A DNA stretch of 62,921 nt, the filler included, from Reclinomonas americana ATCC 50394 (lineage: Eukaryota), in NCBI GenBank assembly GCA_048213135.1. It is 11 parts of 3 records of this genome, joined end to end, with 100 filler letters (N's around TTAATTAATTAA, not from the genome) between each part and the next. Parts side by side here need not be neighbours in the genome. Positions count along the whole stretch, not along the records: positions 60,678 to 62,921 come from PS015372.1; 10 more parts are not named here. One strand, 5' to 3'. The notes under the pieces are model-generated. The model was not told the DNA's origin and made no database searches. It was given only the letters and a program-made list of their open reading frames with translations. Both the position numbers and the translations under genes were made by a program. Below, piece after piece: positions 62,571 through 62,921 of this stretch. Each line of letters begins with the position of its first letter. Positions within the stretch are counted from its first letter, which is position 1.

Positions 62571-62921
62571 GCATGATTGGTGTTTTTTTGGTCGTGTTCT
62601 GCTCCTGTGATGACGAGACTCTGCTCATGCGTGGCATGCTTGTTTCCGCCTTGTTTGCATCCCCTCCTATGCATCTCTTCGATGGAGTGACCTCCGTGCT
62701 TGGATTCGCTTGTTTGCGTTTGACATTGCGATTTGTCTTGCATGATTGGTGTTCTTTTTTGTCGTGTTCTTCTCCTGTGATGACGAGACTCTGCTCATGC
62801 GTGGCGTGCTTGTTTCCGCCTTGTTTGCATCCCCTCCTGTGCATCTCTTCGATGGAGTGACCTCCGTGCTTGGATTCGCTTGCTTGCGTTTGACATTGCG
62901 ATTTGTCTTGCATGATTGGTG
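62571..62921. repeat. ~170-bp tandem repeat (2 copies, third starts at the window end)
   Basis: gcatgattggtgt...tgacattgcgatttgtctt starts at 62571, 62740 and 62910. Confidence 0.9.

Overview
Intron-rich, microsatellite-rich eukaryotic (protist-like) draft assembly. It has many N gaps, artificial TTAATTAATTAA contig spacers and 454-type TACG artefacts. All gene models were spliced by hand, and family assignments come from motif recognition, not database searches. Two loci stand out. (1) A ~9.1-kb putative DNA transposon (~21144-30284) has imperfect G-rich terminal inverted repeats and subterminal AT-rich repeats. It encodes a multi-exon P-element/THAP9-type DDE transposase (FDE...TTDG...DPPHLGKNLRNNL...EHFF) with a BED-like zinc finger where THAP would be expected, a Cys-rich insert, and a large NHL-repeat beta-propeller inserted inside the catalytic core. 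(2) An NLR-like gene (1936-6890) fuses a paracaspase-like C14 protease to NACHT, pentapeptide repeats and 14 WD40 repeats with high internal DNA identity. The window also holds GPN1, a BBE-like FAD oxidoreductase, an ankyrin-flanked TANC/ANKRD50-like P-loop NTPase, an EFCAB11-like EF-hand gene, probable amidase and TMEM33-like 5' exons, several hypothetical genes and minisatellites. Introns show an unusual preference for GTTGCG/GTT donors.
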